A DNA stretch of 24,098 nucleotides from an uncultured bacterium (GTDB lineage: Bacteria; SAR324; NAC60-12). The stretch spans positions 1-24,098 of the forward strand of contig CAXGMD010000052.1 of the NCBI GenBank assembly GCA_964010765.1, given 5' to 3'. The notes below the pieces were generated by a model. That model saw only the letters and a list, made by a program, of their open reading frames with translations, did no database searches and had not been told where the DNA came from. Positions 16,375-24,098 of the stretch are shown here, one piece after another. Positions within the stretch are counted from its first letter, which is position 1. Each line of letters begins with the position of its first letter. The position numbers were made by a program, and so were the translations under genes.

Positions 16375-18303
16375 ATGTCTTCCCTGCCACACCTCGTGCT
16401 GGGAACCAGTGGTCACGTCGATCATGGAAAAACCACACTGGTTCAGGCACTGACTGGTATCAATACAGATCGCCTAGCCGAAGAAAAACGCCGGGGGATT
16501 ACAATCGACCTGGGCTTTGCTCACATGGAACTGGAAAGTATTCGGATTGCTTTCGTTGACGTTCCTGGGCACGAGCGCTTTGTTCATAACATGCTGGCTG
16601 GAATCAGCGGATTGGATGCAGTGCTCCTTGTCATCGCAGCAGATGAAGGAGTGATGCCCCAGACTCGAGAGCATCTGCATATCTGCCGATTATTGGGAGT
16701 CCAGCGGGGCCTGCTGGTCCTGACCCGGTGTGATAAGGTGGATGATCCAGAAATGCTGGATCTCTGTGCGGATGAAGTTCGTGAGTTGGTAAAAGACACA
16801 TTCCTGGCTGAGGCACCACTACTCCGGACCTCTGCTAAAACTGGGGAAGGTCTGGATGAACTGAGAAACGCTCTGCTGCAAATAGCCTCCGAGACCCACC
16901 GTACAAACAGTGACCGTCCCTTTCGGCTGGATGTGGATCGATCTTTTGGCATCAAGGGATTCGGCACCGTTGTTACAGGAACCGTTCGCAGCGGAAATCT
17001 GAAACTGGAAGAAGAAGTGTGGCAATGGCCACTACAACATCCACGGCGTATACGCAGTCTACAAGTTCATGGAACCCCAGTGGAACAAATCTGGGCTGGT
17101 GAACGAGCCGCAATCAATCTGTCCCAGATTTCTGTCGAAGAAATCCAGCGGGGCGATCAATTGGCAGCTACCAACTCCTTGCTGACTTCTTACTTGCTCG
17201 ATGGAGAGCTTGAGGTACTGGAAGATGTATCATCCCCTTTGCGTCATCGGGAAAGAGTGCAGCTGCATCTCGGCAGTGCGTCAGTTCCTGCACGCTTGAT
17301 CCCCTTGGAAGAAGCCCAACTGGCTCTGGGAGAAACCGGGCTGGTTCAACTCCGTCTCGAACGAGAATTGAGCAGTCGACATGGTGATCGATTTTTGATT
17401 CGAGGCAGAAGCCCCTTGCGTACTTTGGGAGGGGGAACTGTACTCGATGCTGCAACAAACAAATCACGCAGGTTACGGCAGGAGCGGGCACAGCGGTTGC
17501 GTCAATTGAGTCAAGGCTCACTCTCTGAACAGATTCAGTCTGCTACGTGGCTTCAAGGACTCCGTGGGACCAGCCTAGCGGAGTTGGCACTGAGGACACC
17601 TGGATCAGCCAAGGCTCTTCAGAAAGAGGTCGCTGGCTTGCTGAGCCGACAAGTGTTGGTACAGGCCGGTCAACCCCAGGCTTTGTTATTCCATCCAGAA
17701 CATCTGGAACGTGTTGGGCGTTTTGTACAGCGTCAACTGGAGCAACAACACCAAGAATTTCCTGAGCGTGAGGGACTACCTGTAGCTGCCTTGCAGGGGA
17801 AATTACAGCGTATCTTTCTCCTAACTGGAGTGAGCGAAGGACTGCTAAAATTTTTTGAACGCCAACAACTTTGCAGTCGTCGTGGTGAATTCTATGCCTT
17901 GCCTAGTCACCAAGCCCAGCAGGGAAAAACAGCCGTCACTCAGCTGGAAGCTTTGCTGGAATTACTGAAAGAGGGGGGCTTTCAACCGTTACGACAGACA
18001 CAACTACTGGAACAAGCTGGCTTGGATGAACGAACGGCCCTGCCCTTGCTCAAGCAGGCAGCTTTTCACAAGCAGTTGGTTCGAGTTGCTGAAGATCTCT
18101 GGTACTTGCCTCCACAACTCGAACGCTTACGTGAACAGCTACAACAGTGGTTTTCCACTCATGAGACGATCAGTGTGATTGAGTGCAAGGAATTACTACA
18201 GACTGGACGCCGGCATGCACTGGAGCTTCTGGAGTATGCGGATCGTCAGTATTGGACACGACGGATTGACAATCATCGGGTTCCTGCAAAACTATTGTAC
18301 TGA
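16375..18303 (+). CDS. selB: Selenocysteine-specific elongation factor
   Basis: GHVDHGKT, EEKRRGITIDLGFAH, DVPGHERFVHNMLAG, PQTREHL, DRSFGIKGFGTVVTGT and a C-terminal winged-helix signature GRRHALELLEYADRQYWTRR; 642 aa. Confidence 0.96.
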   Translation: MSSLPHLVLGTSGHVDHGKTTLVQALTGINTDRLAEEKRRGITIDLGFAHMELESIRIAFVDVPGHERFVHNMLAGISGLDAVLLVIAADEGVMPQTREHLHICRLLGVQRGLLVLTRCDKVDDPEMLDLCADEVRELVKDTFLAEAPLLRTSAKTGEGLDELRNALLQIASETHRTNSDRPFRLDVDRSFGIKGFGTVVTGTVRSGNLKLEEEVWQWPLQHPRRIRSLQVHGTPVEQIWAGERAAINLSQISVEEIQRGDQLAATNSLLTSYLLDGELEVLEDVSSPLRHRERVQLHLGSASVPARLIPLEEAQLALGETGLVQLRLERELSSRHGDRFLIRGRSPLRTLGGGTVLDAATNKSRRLRQERAQRLRQLSQGSLSEQIQSATWLQGLRGTSLAELALRTPGSAKALQKEVAGLLSRQVLVQAGQPQALLFHPEHLERVGRFVQRQLEQQHQEFPEREGLPVAALQGKLQRIFLLTGVSEGLLKFFERQQLCSRRGEFYALPSHQAQQGKTAVTQLEALLELLKEGGFQPLRQTQLLEQAGLDERTALPLLKQAAFHKQLVRVAEDLWYLPPQLERLREQLQQWFSTHETISVIECKELLQTGRRHALELLEYADRQYWTRRIDNHRVPAKLLY

Positions 18304-18333
18304 AAGTTGTTTCACGTAAGATCCACTATTCTT

Positions 18334-18498
18334 ATGAGGTTTCGAATGCAATGGCTCGCACCCCAGTCTCGCTTTTTGCTCAAAAACTTGTTCAAACGCA
18401 ACTATGATCACCTGCGACCCAGGGCACAGAAGACAATCAATTGGACCGTTCTGGGCGTGGATGTCGCGGCCATCTGGTTGCTCCTGTCAATGCTATAA
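18334..18498 (+). CDS. Small basic protein with C-terminal TM helix
   Basis: Fills the selB to lpoA-like gap; ends INWTVLGVDVAAIWLLLSML; start may be 18307, 18334 or 18346. Confidence 0.55.
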   Translation: MRFRMQWLAPQSRFLLKNLFKRNYDHLRPRAQKTINWTVLGVDVAAIWLLLSML

Positions 18499-20767
18499 GC
18501 TCCTGCTGCTTTTTCTGCTTTGGTTCGTTGGCGCTGGCTCTCTTGCAGCACAAAGTCTGCTGAGTCAGCCGCAGGAACTGGAGCAAGGTCTGCAACAGCT
18601 TTTTCCTCCGATCTCTGCCCCTGCTGAGTCAGTTTCTGCTGTTCAAACCGAACAGTCCCCATCTGGAGTAGTGTTTCCCTACCGCTACAGGGGAAATATC
18701 CCGGAACTGGATGCTTTGCTTCCAGCAGATCCAGAATTGGCTGCGGAGGAATTGATTCGCCAACAAGCCTTGTTGCCGGAAGAAGAGAAAGAATACTACC
18801 GCTTACGCATCGGGGCAGCTCAAACAGATCGTTCAAACATAGGCAGCTTCGCAAAAGCTTTTCTCTCCCACTATCCTCGTAGTCGCTACCGTGATCAGGT
18901 TTTTCTGATCTGGTTGGAGCAAAGTCCAGTCTGGACGCCGACCTTGGAAGCCGCAGCATCTATTTTCGTGCAAGATGCTGATTCTCAGCAACTACGCTAC
19001 TACTTATCACTACGTGGCCGAACAGCTGAAAATCAGGGTAATCTAGCCGAGGCCTTGCGCTATCGCCTAGAGGAAGCACGCTTACTGGATAATGAGCAGC
19101 AAAAAGAATTCAGTAAAACCTTGGAGAACCTGTTTGAAAAAATCTCCAATTCCCGTGTGCTTGAGCAATTCAGTAATGAGTTTGCCGACGTCCCCTCTAT
19201 TCAGCAGGCGCTCCCCCAACTACGCTTGGACAGGCTTGTGAAGGAGAGGAATTATGCAGAGGGACTATTGCTCTGTGAGCAGCTACTGCAAGAAGCCAAC
19301 CTGAAGGGAGATCGTACAGAGTTCCTGCGCCTAGAGAACTTACAGGAGTTCCTGCGACGTCGTGCTCAACTCAAACCCTATCGAGTTGGTGTGCTGCTGC
19401 CGTTGACGACGACCATTCCTACCGCAGCACGCCTGACACAGCAGACGATTGAAGGATTGCGGCTAGCTTTACAAGAAGCTCCTCCCCTCCCAAAGGACAA
19501 CTACACTGTAGAGCCCATAGAGCCTTTGGTTGATAACCTCACGAAATCAACTCCAGCTGACAATACCAGCGTGGCCACGGAATCAGAGATGGTGGTTTCC
19601 ACTTCGACAGACAATATCACTCCTGAAAGTGATTTCGCAGATCCAGTGACATTTTCTCGGGTAGATAACCTGACTGCTCCTCAGCCAGACAATCAAACTG
19701 AGATCGCCAAGGCGGAACCCCTACAACTTCCCCTACCACCTCGGTGGGAATTTGTGTTCCGTGACACGAAACTGGATCCCGATACCACTCGGCAGGGCTT
19801 CCGTGAATTGGTAGAAGATGAGCACGTGATGGCGGTCATTGGCCCACTGGCTCGTAGAACCTCTGAAGCAGCAGCGGCGGAAGCGGAAGCATTCAAAGTA
19901 CCGATGATTTCACTCTCAGTGACCACCAGTATCGCTGATTTGGGAGACTATGTTTTCCGCAACAACATCAGCTGGGAACAAGAAGTAGAGGCGCTGCTGG
20001 ATTACGCTACCGAGTACCTACAGGCACGCCGCTTTGTTGTACTCTATCCAGACAGTCGGGAGGGACGTGAGAAGCTAAGAGTCTTCTGGGAACAAGCCAA
20101 AGCGATTGGTGCCCAAATTCAGAATATTCAGCGCTACGAAAACAGCCAGAACAGCTTCGTGGATGAGTTTGAGTCTTTCACCGGCATCCGTCGCTATCGA
20201 ACTGATGAAGAAGATGCCCTGATTGAAAAACAAAAAGACCGGGGAATACCGGAGCAGAACTTTGACGCGATCTTCCTGATTGCTGGTGACCAGACCCAGG
20301 ACCTGGAGATTATCTTCCCCTATCTGGAAGTCTACGGTCTCGAAGATTCGCTGATTTTGGGAGACAGCGGCTGGAACAATCCTCTGCTACTCTTTGCCCC
20401 CAAACGGGAAACCATCCGTCACGTTGTCTTCACTGATAGTTTCTTTCCTCGCAGTGAAGCCCAAGAGGTACAGCACTTTGTCGCAGAGCACGAGCGGTTC
20501 TTCTATCGCTACCAAGGATATATTGGCCCAACTGCTTACACAGCCTATGCGTACGATACTGCGAAGCTGTTGTTGCAACTGCTGACTCAACCTGCGAACC
20601 AGGATCCGGATGCCCTAAGGGAGGCTTTGCTGAACCAACCACCCACTCAAGGTGTCGCCGGGCGCTTTGAATTCCAGCCCAATGGCGAGGTCTGGCACCA
20701 AATGAACTTCTGGACGATGGGTCGAGACCGTTTCGTCCCAATTTCTCTGCCTACTGCGGAAGACTGA
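18461..20767 (+). CDS. LpoA/LppC-like penicillin-binding-protein activator (helical N-domain plus periplasmic-binding-protein type 1 domain)
   Basis: Signal peptide KLLLLFLLWFVGAGSLAA; FLSHYPRSRY helical repeat; RVGVLLPLT, VFRDT, AVIGPL, YVFRN, FDAIFL, AYAYD, GVAGRFEF. Start uncertain (18404 or 18461). Confidence 0.8.
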   Translation: MSRPSGCSCQCYKLLLLFLLWFVGAGSLAAQSLLSQPQELEQGLQQLFPPISAPAESVSAVQTEQSPSGVVFPYRYRGNIPELDALLPADPELAAEELIRQQALLPEEEKEYYRLRIGAAQTDRSNIGSFAKAFLSHYPRSRYRDQVFLIWLEQSPVWTPTLEAAASIFVQDADSQQLRYYLSLRGRTAENQGNLAEALRYRLEEARLLDNEQQKEFSKTLENLFEKISNSRVLEQFSNEFADVPSIQQALPQLRLDRLVKERNYAEGLLLCEQLLQEANLKGDRTEFLRLENLQEFLRRRAQLKPYRVGVLLPLTTTIPTAARLTQQTIEGLRLALQEAPPLPKDNYTVEPIEPLVDNLTKSTPADNTSVATESEMVVSTSTDNITPESDFADPVTFSRVDNLTAPQPDNQTEIAKAEPLQLPLPPRWEFVFRDTKLDPDTTRQGFRELVEDEHVMAVIGPLARRTSEAAAAEAEAFKVPMISLSVTTSIADLGDYVFRNNISWEQEVEALLDYATEYLQARRFVVLYPDSREGREKLRVFWEQAKAIGAQIQNIQRYENSQNSFVDEFESFTGIRRYRTDEEDALIEKQKDRGIPEQNFDAIFLIAGDQTQDLEIIFPYLEVYGLEDSLILGDSGWNNPLLLFAPKRETIRHVVFTDSFFPRSEAQEVQHFVAEHERFFYRYQGYIGPTAYTAYAYDTAKLLLQLLTQPANQDPDALREALLNQPPTQGVAGRFEFQPNGEVWHQMNFWTMGRDRFVPISLPTAED

Positions 20768-21876
20768 TGCAAGAATTGACTGTAAATCTGCCTGGTCGAA
20801 GTTACCAAATCACCATTGGAACCAACCACTGGTCTGCATCTTTGACCAAAATACTCCGAGAGCGGAATGCTCGTCAGGTGGTTGTGGTGACCAATGATGC
20901 TTTGCAACGGCTGTATCCAGACCTACTCGCTACGGAACTTCAACAAAATGGCTTTGAGACTGCCACCTGTGTAATCCCTGATGGGGAGCAACACAAAACC
21001 CTCGCTGACCTGACAAGAATTTATGACTTCCTGCTGGAGCGCTCTGCCAACCGAAAGACCTGGTTGATCGCCTTTGGAGGTGGGGTGATTGGAGACATGA
21101 CTGGTTTTGCCGCCGGAACTTTCATGCGTGGTATTCCCTTCGTACAGATTCCGACTACCCTGCTTGCCAATGTTGACAGCAGTGTTGGAGGTAAAACTGC
21201 CGTCAATCATCCGCTAGGCAAAAACATGGTTGGCGTCTTCAAGCAACCAGAGTATGTCTGTATTGATCTAGAATTTCTCAAGACGTTGCCGATTCGAGAG
21301 CTACGGGCGGGTTACTTTGAACTGGCCAAACATGGACTGATCCACGACCATTCGCTCTTCGAATTCCTACAACAGCAAACACTGGAACCACTGGATTTTG
21401 AATTTCTTGAAGAAGCCGTCACCCGATCCTGTGACGTCAAGCGCCGGGTTGTCGAAGAGGATGAGCACGAAACCGGACTACGAGCTACGCTCAACTTTGG
21501 CCACACTCTGGGACACCTGATCGAAACCCACGCCGGCTACGGACAGTGGCTGCACGGGGAGGCTGTTGGTACTGGAATGCTCTTTGCGACCTATGTGTCC
21601 TGGCAGGAAGGCCATTTGACCGAAGAAAATTATCAACGCATCCGTGACTTTCTGTTGCCCCTGCTTCCCGAGGTCACCCTACCACAGCTGGATGCCATGG
21701 CGTTCAGAGCCTTGTTGCTTCACGACAAGAAAGCCGAGAACCAGGCTGTCAATTTCATCCTGTTACGCAGTTTGGGGGAATGTTTCATTCAGCGCCAAAT
21801 GTCTGTTGAAACGCTTTGGAAGCACTTCGGCCACTTCCTGGAAACCTTTCCTCGGGCCTGCCGCCTTGCAGCTTGA
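20767..21876 (+). CDS. aroB: 3-dehydroquinate synthase
   Basis: IPDGEQHKT, AFGGGVIGDMTGF, IPTTLLANVDSSVGGKTAVN, LNFGHTLGH, LHGEAV, HDKK. Confidence 0.98.
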   Translation: MQELTVNLPGRSYQITIGTNHWSASLTKILRERNARQVVVVTNDALQRLYPDLLATELQQNGFETATCVIPDGEQHKTLADLTRIYDFLLERSANRKTWLIAFGGGVIGDMTGFAAGTFMRGIPFVQIPTTLLANVDSSVGGKTAVNHPLGKNMVGVFKQPEYVCIDLEFLKTLPIRELRAGYFELAKHGLIHDHSLFEFLQQQTLEPLDFEFLEEAVTRSCDVKRRVVEEDEHETGLRATLNFGHTLGHLIETHAGYGQWLHGEAVGTGMLFATYVSWQEGHLTEENYQRIRDFLLPLLPEVTLPQLDAMAFRALLLHDKKAENQAVNFILLRSLGECFIQRQMSVETLWKHFGHFLETFPRACRLAA

Positions 21877-21908
21877 GTTGGCCACTTCACATTGACTAGA
21901 GATTCCGC

Positions 21909-22763
21909 ATGGAGCTGCTCGAAAGCCGCATCTATACCTTCGTTGATTCGACCAAACGCTTCGCCTTTTATTTCCTCGAAGGACAGCAACTGATTCAGGA
22001 ACTGGCTTTGATCCATCCTCTACAGGGAGGTGGCTTTGCTTACTTTCGGGATGTTGTGCTGAGTTTCATGCCCATGCTGGCCTTGCTCAAGCACGGAGAA
22101 CAGCTGGGCCTGTACCTCGACGCTGAAGATCCGTATCTTCGGGTGAAACTCGAAATCACAGCAGGAGGACATGTTCGTTGCTTGCTGATGCCAGAAGACC
22201 TCAAGGAGTTTCCAGAGCGCATCACGGGTATTGTTCGAGTGCGCAAGAGCTTCCAGAACGCCAAGGAGCCCTACAATTCAATCATTGAAGTCAACGGAGT
22301 TTCTCTACGTAATATCATCAATCAGGTGTTAGAGCGCTCCTACCAGTTCAATAGCCTGGTACGGGTTTCCCAAAATAGTGATCAAAGCTATCTAGTTCTG
22401 CAACTGCCTGGGCTGCCGGGAGATACCGAGATTGATCATACCAGCGAAGCCTTGCTGCACTGTGATGAACTCTACGGACCACGCCTAGCGGACCTGATGA
22501 ATCGTGGACTACAGCAACCAGAAGAACTCGCCGTCTACTTTCAGGAATTACAGTTCCAGCCAATGGGAGCCCGCACGGTTCAGTATCACTGTAATTGCTC
22601 CCAGGAACGCATGCTAGCAAACCTACAATCGCTCTATATCAACGAAGGAGAAGCTCTCTTCGAACCGGGTCAGGCACACCTGGAAGTTACCTGCGAATAC
22701 TGCAAGAGTCGCTTTGAAATTGCCCGGACAGAGATTGAAGCCATCTCACCGCTCTACAACTGA
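21909..22763 (+). CDS. hslO: Hsp33 redox-regulated chaperone
   Basis: C-terminal zinc motif CNCSQERM...VTCEYC; 284 aa; divergent N-domain. Confidence 0.85.
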   Translation: MELLESRIYTFVDSTKRFAFYFLEGQQLIQELALIHPLQGGGFAYFRDVVLSFMPMLALLKHGEQLGLYLDAEDPYLRVKLEITAGGHVRCLLMPEDLKEFPERITGIVRVRKSFQNAKEPYNSIIEVNGVSLRNIINQVLERSYQFNSLVRVSQNSDQSYLVLQLPGLPGDTEIDHTSEALLHCDELYGPRLADLMNRGLQQPEELAVYFQELQFQPMGARTVQYHCNCSQERMLANLQSLYINEGEALFEPGQAHLEVTCEYCKSRFEIARTEIEAISPLYN

Positions 22764-22769
22764 GCCTCC

Positions 22770-24062
22770 ATGCCGCTAGCTTTGATCGAACGCTGGCAGA
22801 AAAATCCGATCCACCAGGCACTGGCCCAGCATCCCTACCGTGAATATGCACTCAGCAACATCCCCAACCTGCTGGGACTCTGGATACAACGCACTACAGT
22901 TGGTTGGCTCACCTGGGAGATGACCCATTCCGGTTTCTGGCTGGGAGCGATTTCAATGGCCGAACTGGCTCCCTCCCTACTGCTGGCTCCTGTAGCAGGA
23001 GTTTTTGCAGACCGCTACAGCCGCATCAAGGTACTTCGAATTACCCAGGGACTGATTTTCCTCCAGGCCTTGCTCTTCTGCCTACTGTTGCTCAATGAGT
23101 TGCTAACACTCCCTGCTTTACTTGGTTTGGTTTTGATTCAGGGGGTAGTCACGAGCTTCGCTCAGCCTTCACGGATGGCACTGGTCTCTTCAATGGTACC
23201 TCGCCAACACTTAACATCTGCTGTTTCACTCAACGCAATCATCTTCAACCTGGCAAGATTTCTTGGACCCATGCTGGCGGGAGCTGGGCTGGTATGGCTG
23301 AGCCCGACCATTTTATTGGGCTTCAGCGCAACCGGCTACTGCTGGTTCTGGGGAGTACTGTGGTATTTAAAGATTCAGGAAGAGCACGTAGAGCAGGTTC
23401 GTCAAACTGCACCAACCGGGCTGATTCAAAGCATCCGCGCAGGCTTACACTATGCTCGTCAACATCCCTTGCTAGGGCCCTGGTTAGCCATTTTTATCAT
23501 ACTCTGCCTTGGCATTCGACAACTTGCAGAGCTACTTCCGGGGGTCTCAGATCTGTTGTTTCGCCAAGGAGTAGAGGGATTGGCTTTGCTCTCTTCTGGG
23601 CTGGGACTTGGAGCCGTTGCTGGTAGCCTCTGGATGAGTCAGCAACCTCACGAAGCGCTGCTAAGAATTTTCCGCTTTTCTGCCTGGGGCTTGTGTTTGC
23701 TGCTGGCCATTCTTTCCTGGAGTCCATCGTTTGTGCTTGCTGTGATCGTTGTGGCGGGATGTGGTTTGTTGCTGATGGTGAGTGGCATCTCAACCCAAAC
23801 CATGCTGCAGTTGGAGGTAGAGTCACAGTTCCGTGGGCGTCTGCTCAGTCTTTATGGTCTGGTTCTTCGGGGAGGGCCAGCTATCGGTGCTTTGTTGGTC
23901 GGGACCACAGCTGACTGGATCGGGCTGGAATGGCCCCTGACGATTGCTGCCGCCTTAACGGGCTTGGTACTCTGGTGCATGCAGGCTCAGATCCCCAATG
24001 ATACCACTCAGCCTCCTGGCAAAATGCCTTTTATAACAGCGCCACCCTCATCACCCGCTTGA
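22770..24062 (+). CDS. MFS transporter
   Basis: Highly hydrophobic with about 12 segments; AGVFADRYSR motif A, AVSLNAIIFNLARFLGP, FRGRLLSLY. Confidence 0.93.
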   Translation: MPLALIERWQKNPIHQALAQHPYREYALSNIPNLLGLWIQRTTVGWLTWEMTHSGFWLGAISMAELAPSLLLAPVAGVFADRYSRIKVLRITQGLIFLQALLFCLLLLNELLTLPALLGLVLIQGVVTSFAQPSRMALVSSMVPRQHLTSAVSLNAIIFNLARFLGPMLAGAGLVWLSPTILLGFSATGYCWFWGVLWYLKIQEEHVEQVRQTAPTGLIQSIRAGLHYARQHPLLGPWLAIFIILCLGIRQLAELLPGVSDLLFRQGVEGLALLSSGLGLGAVAGSLWMSQQPHEALLRIFRFSAWGLCLLLAILSWSPSFVLAVIVVAGCGLLLMVSGISTQTMLQLEVESQFRGRLLSLYGLVLRGGPAIGALLVGTTADWIGLEWPLTIAAALTGLVLWCMQAQIPNDTTQPPGKMPFITAPPSSPA

Positions 24063-24098
24063 TTCCTCGTTCTGATTCAACTCTATCCTAAAAAAAAC

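Noticed and set aside
1..24098. CRISPR array, tRNA/rRNA, intact IS or integrase, and the many short overlapping ORFs in the track
   Set aside because: No spaced direct repeats, cloverleaf or full-length transposase seen by eye; the short ORFs are shadows of well-supported genes.

Overview
Bacterial chromosomal window with about 28 CDSs. The gene mix (trmFO, selB, a CIRCE/HrcA operator, LpoA-like protein, diheme cytochrome c4) suggests a Gram-negative deltaproteobacterial-type organism such as the SAR324 clade; this is inference and was not tested. The left 2.8 kb looks accessory: a Phd-VapC toxin-antitoxin pair, a REP-like palindrome, a probable transposase relic, an AlkA-type glycosylase and an AT-rich beta-barrel gene. 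The rest is mostly housekeeping: RluA-family synthase, ChrR-type cupin, DUF72, Hsp20, TPR lipoprotein, BioD-like protein, metallophosphoesterase, FAH hydrolase, trmFO, uppP, cytochrome c4, ilvD, selB, LpoA-like, aroB, hslO and an MFS transporter, plus several unassigned proteins. The most unusual signal is a 68-aa insert in the LpoA-like protein in which all six Asn sit in D-N-x-S/T, a candidate non-canonical N-glycosylation sequon array. Other points of interest are an hsp20 with a perfect CIRCE over its promoter plus a thermometer-like 5'UTR, a BioD homolog lacking substrate motifs, a purple-acid-phosphatase homolog lacking the iron-binding Tyr, a DUF72 protein ending in the clamp motif QLSLF, and RNA hairpins on both sides of selB. 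No rRNA, tRNA, CRISPR array or intact mobile element was seen.
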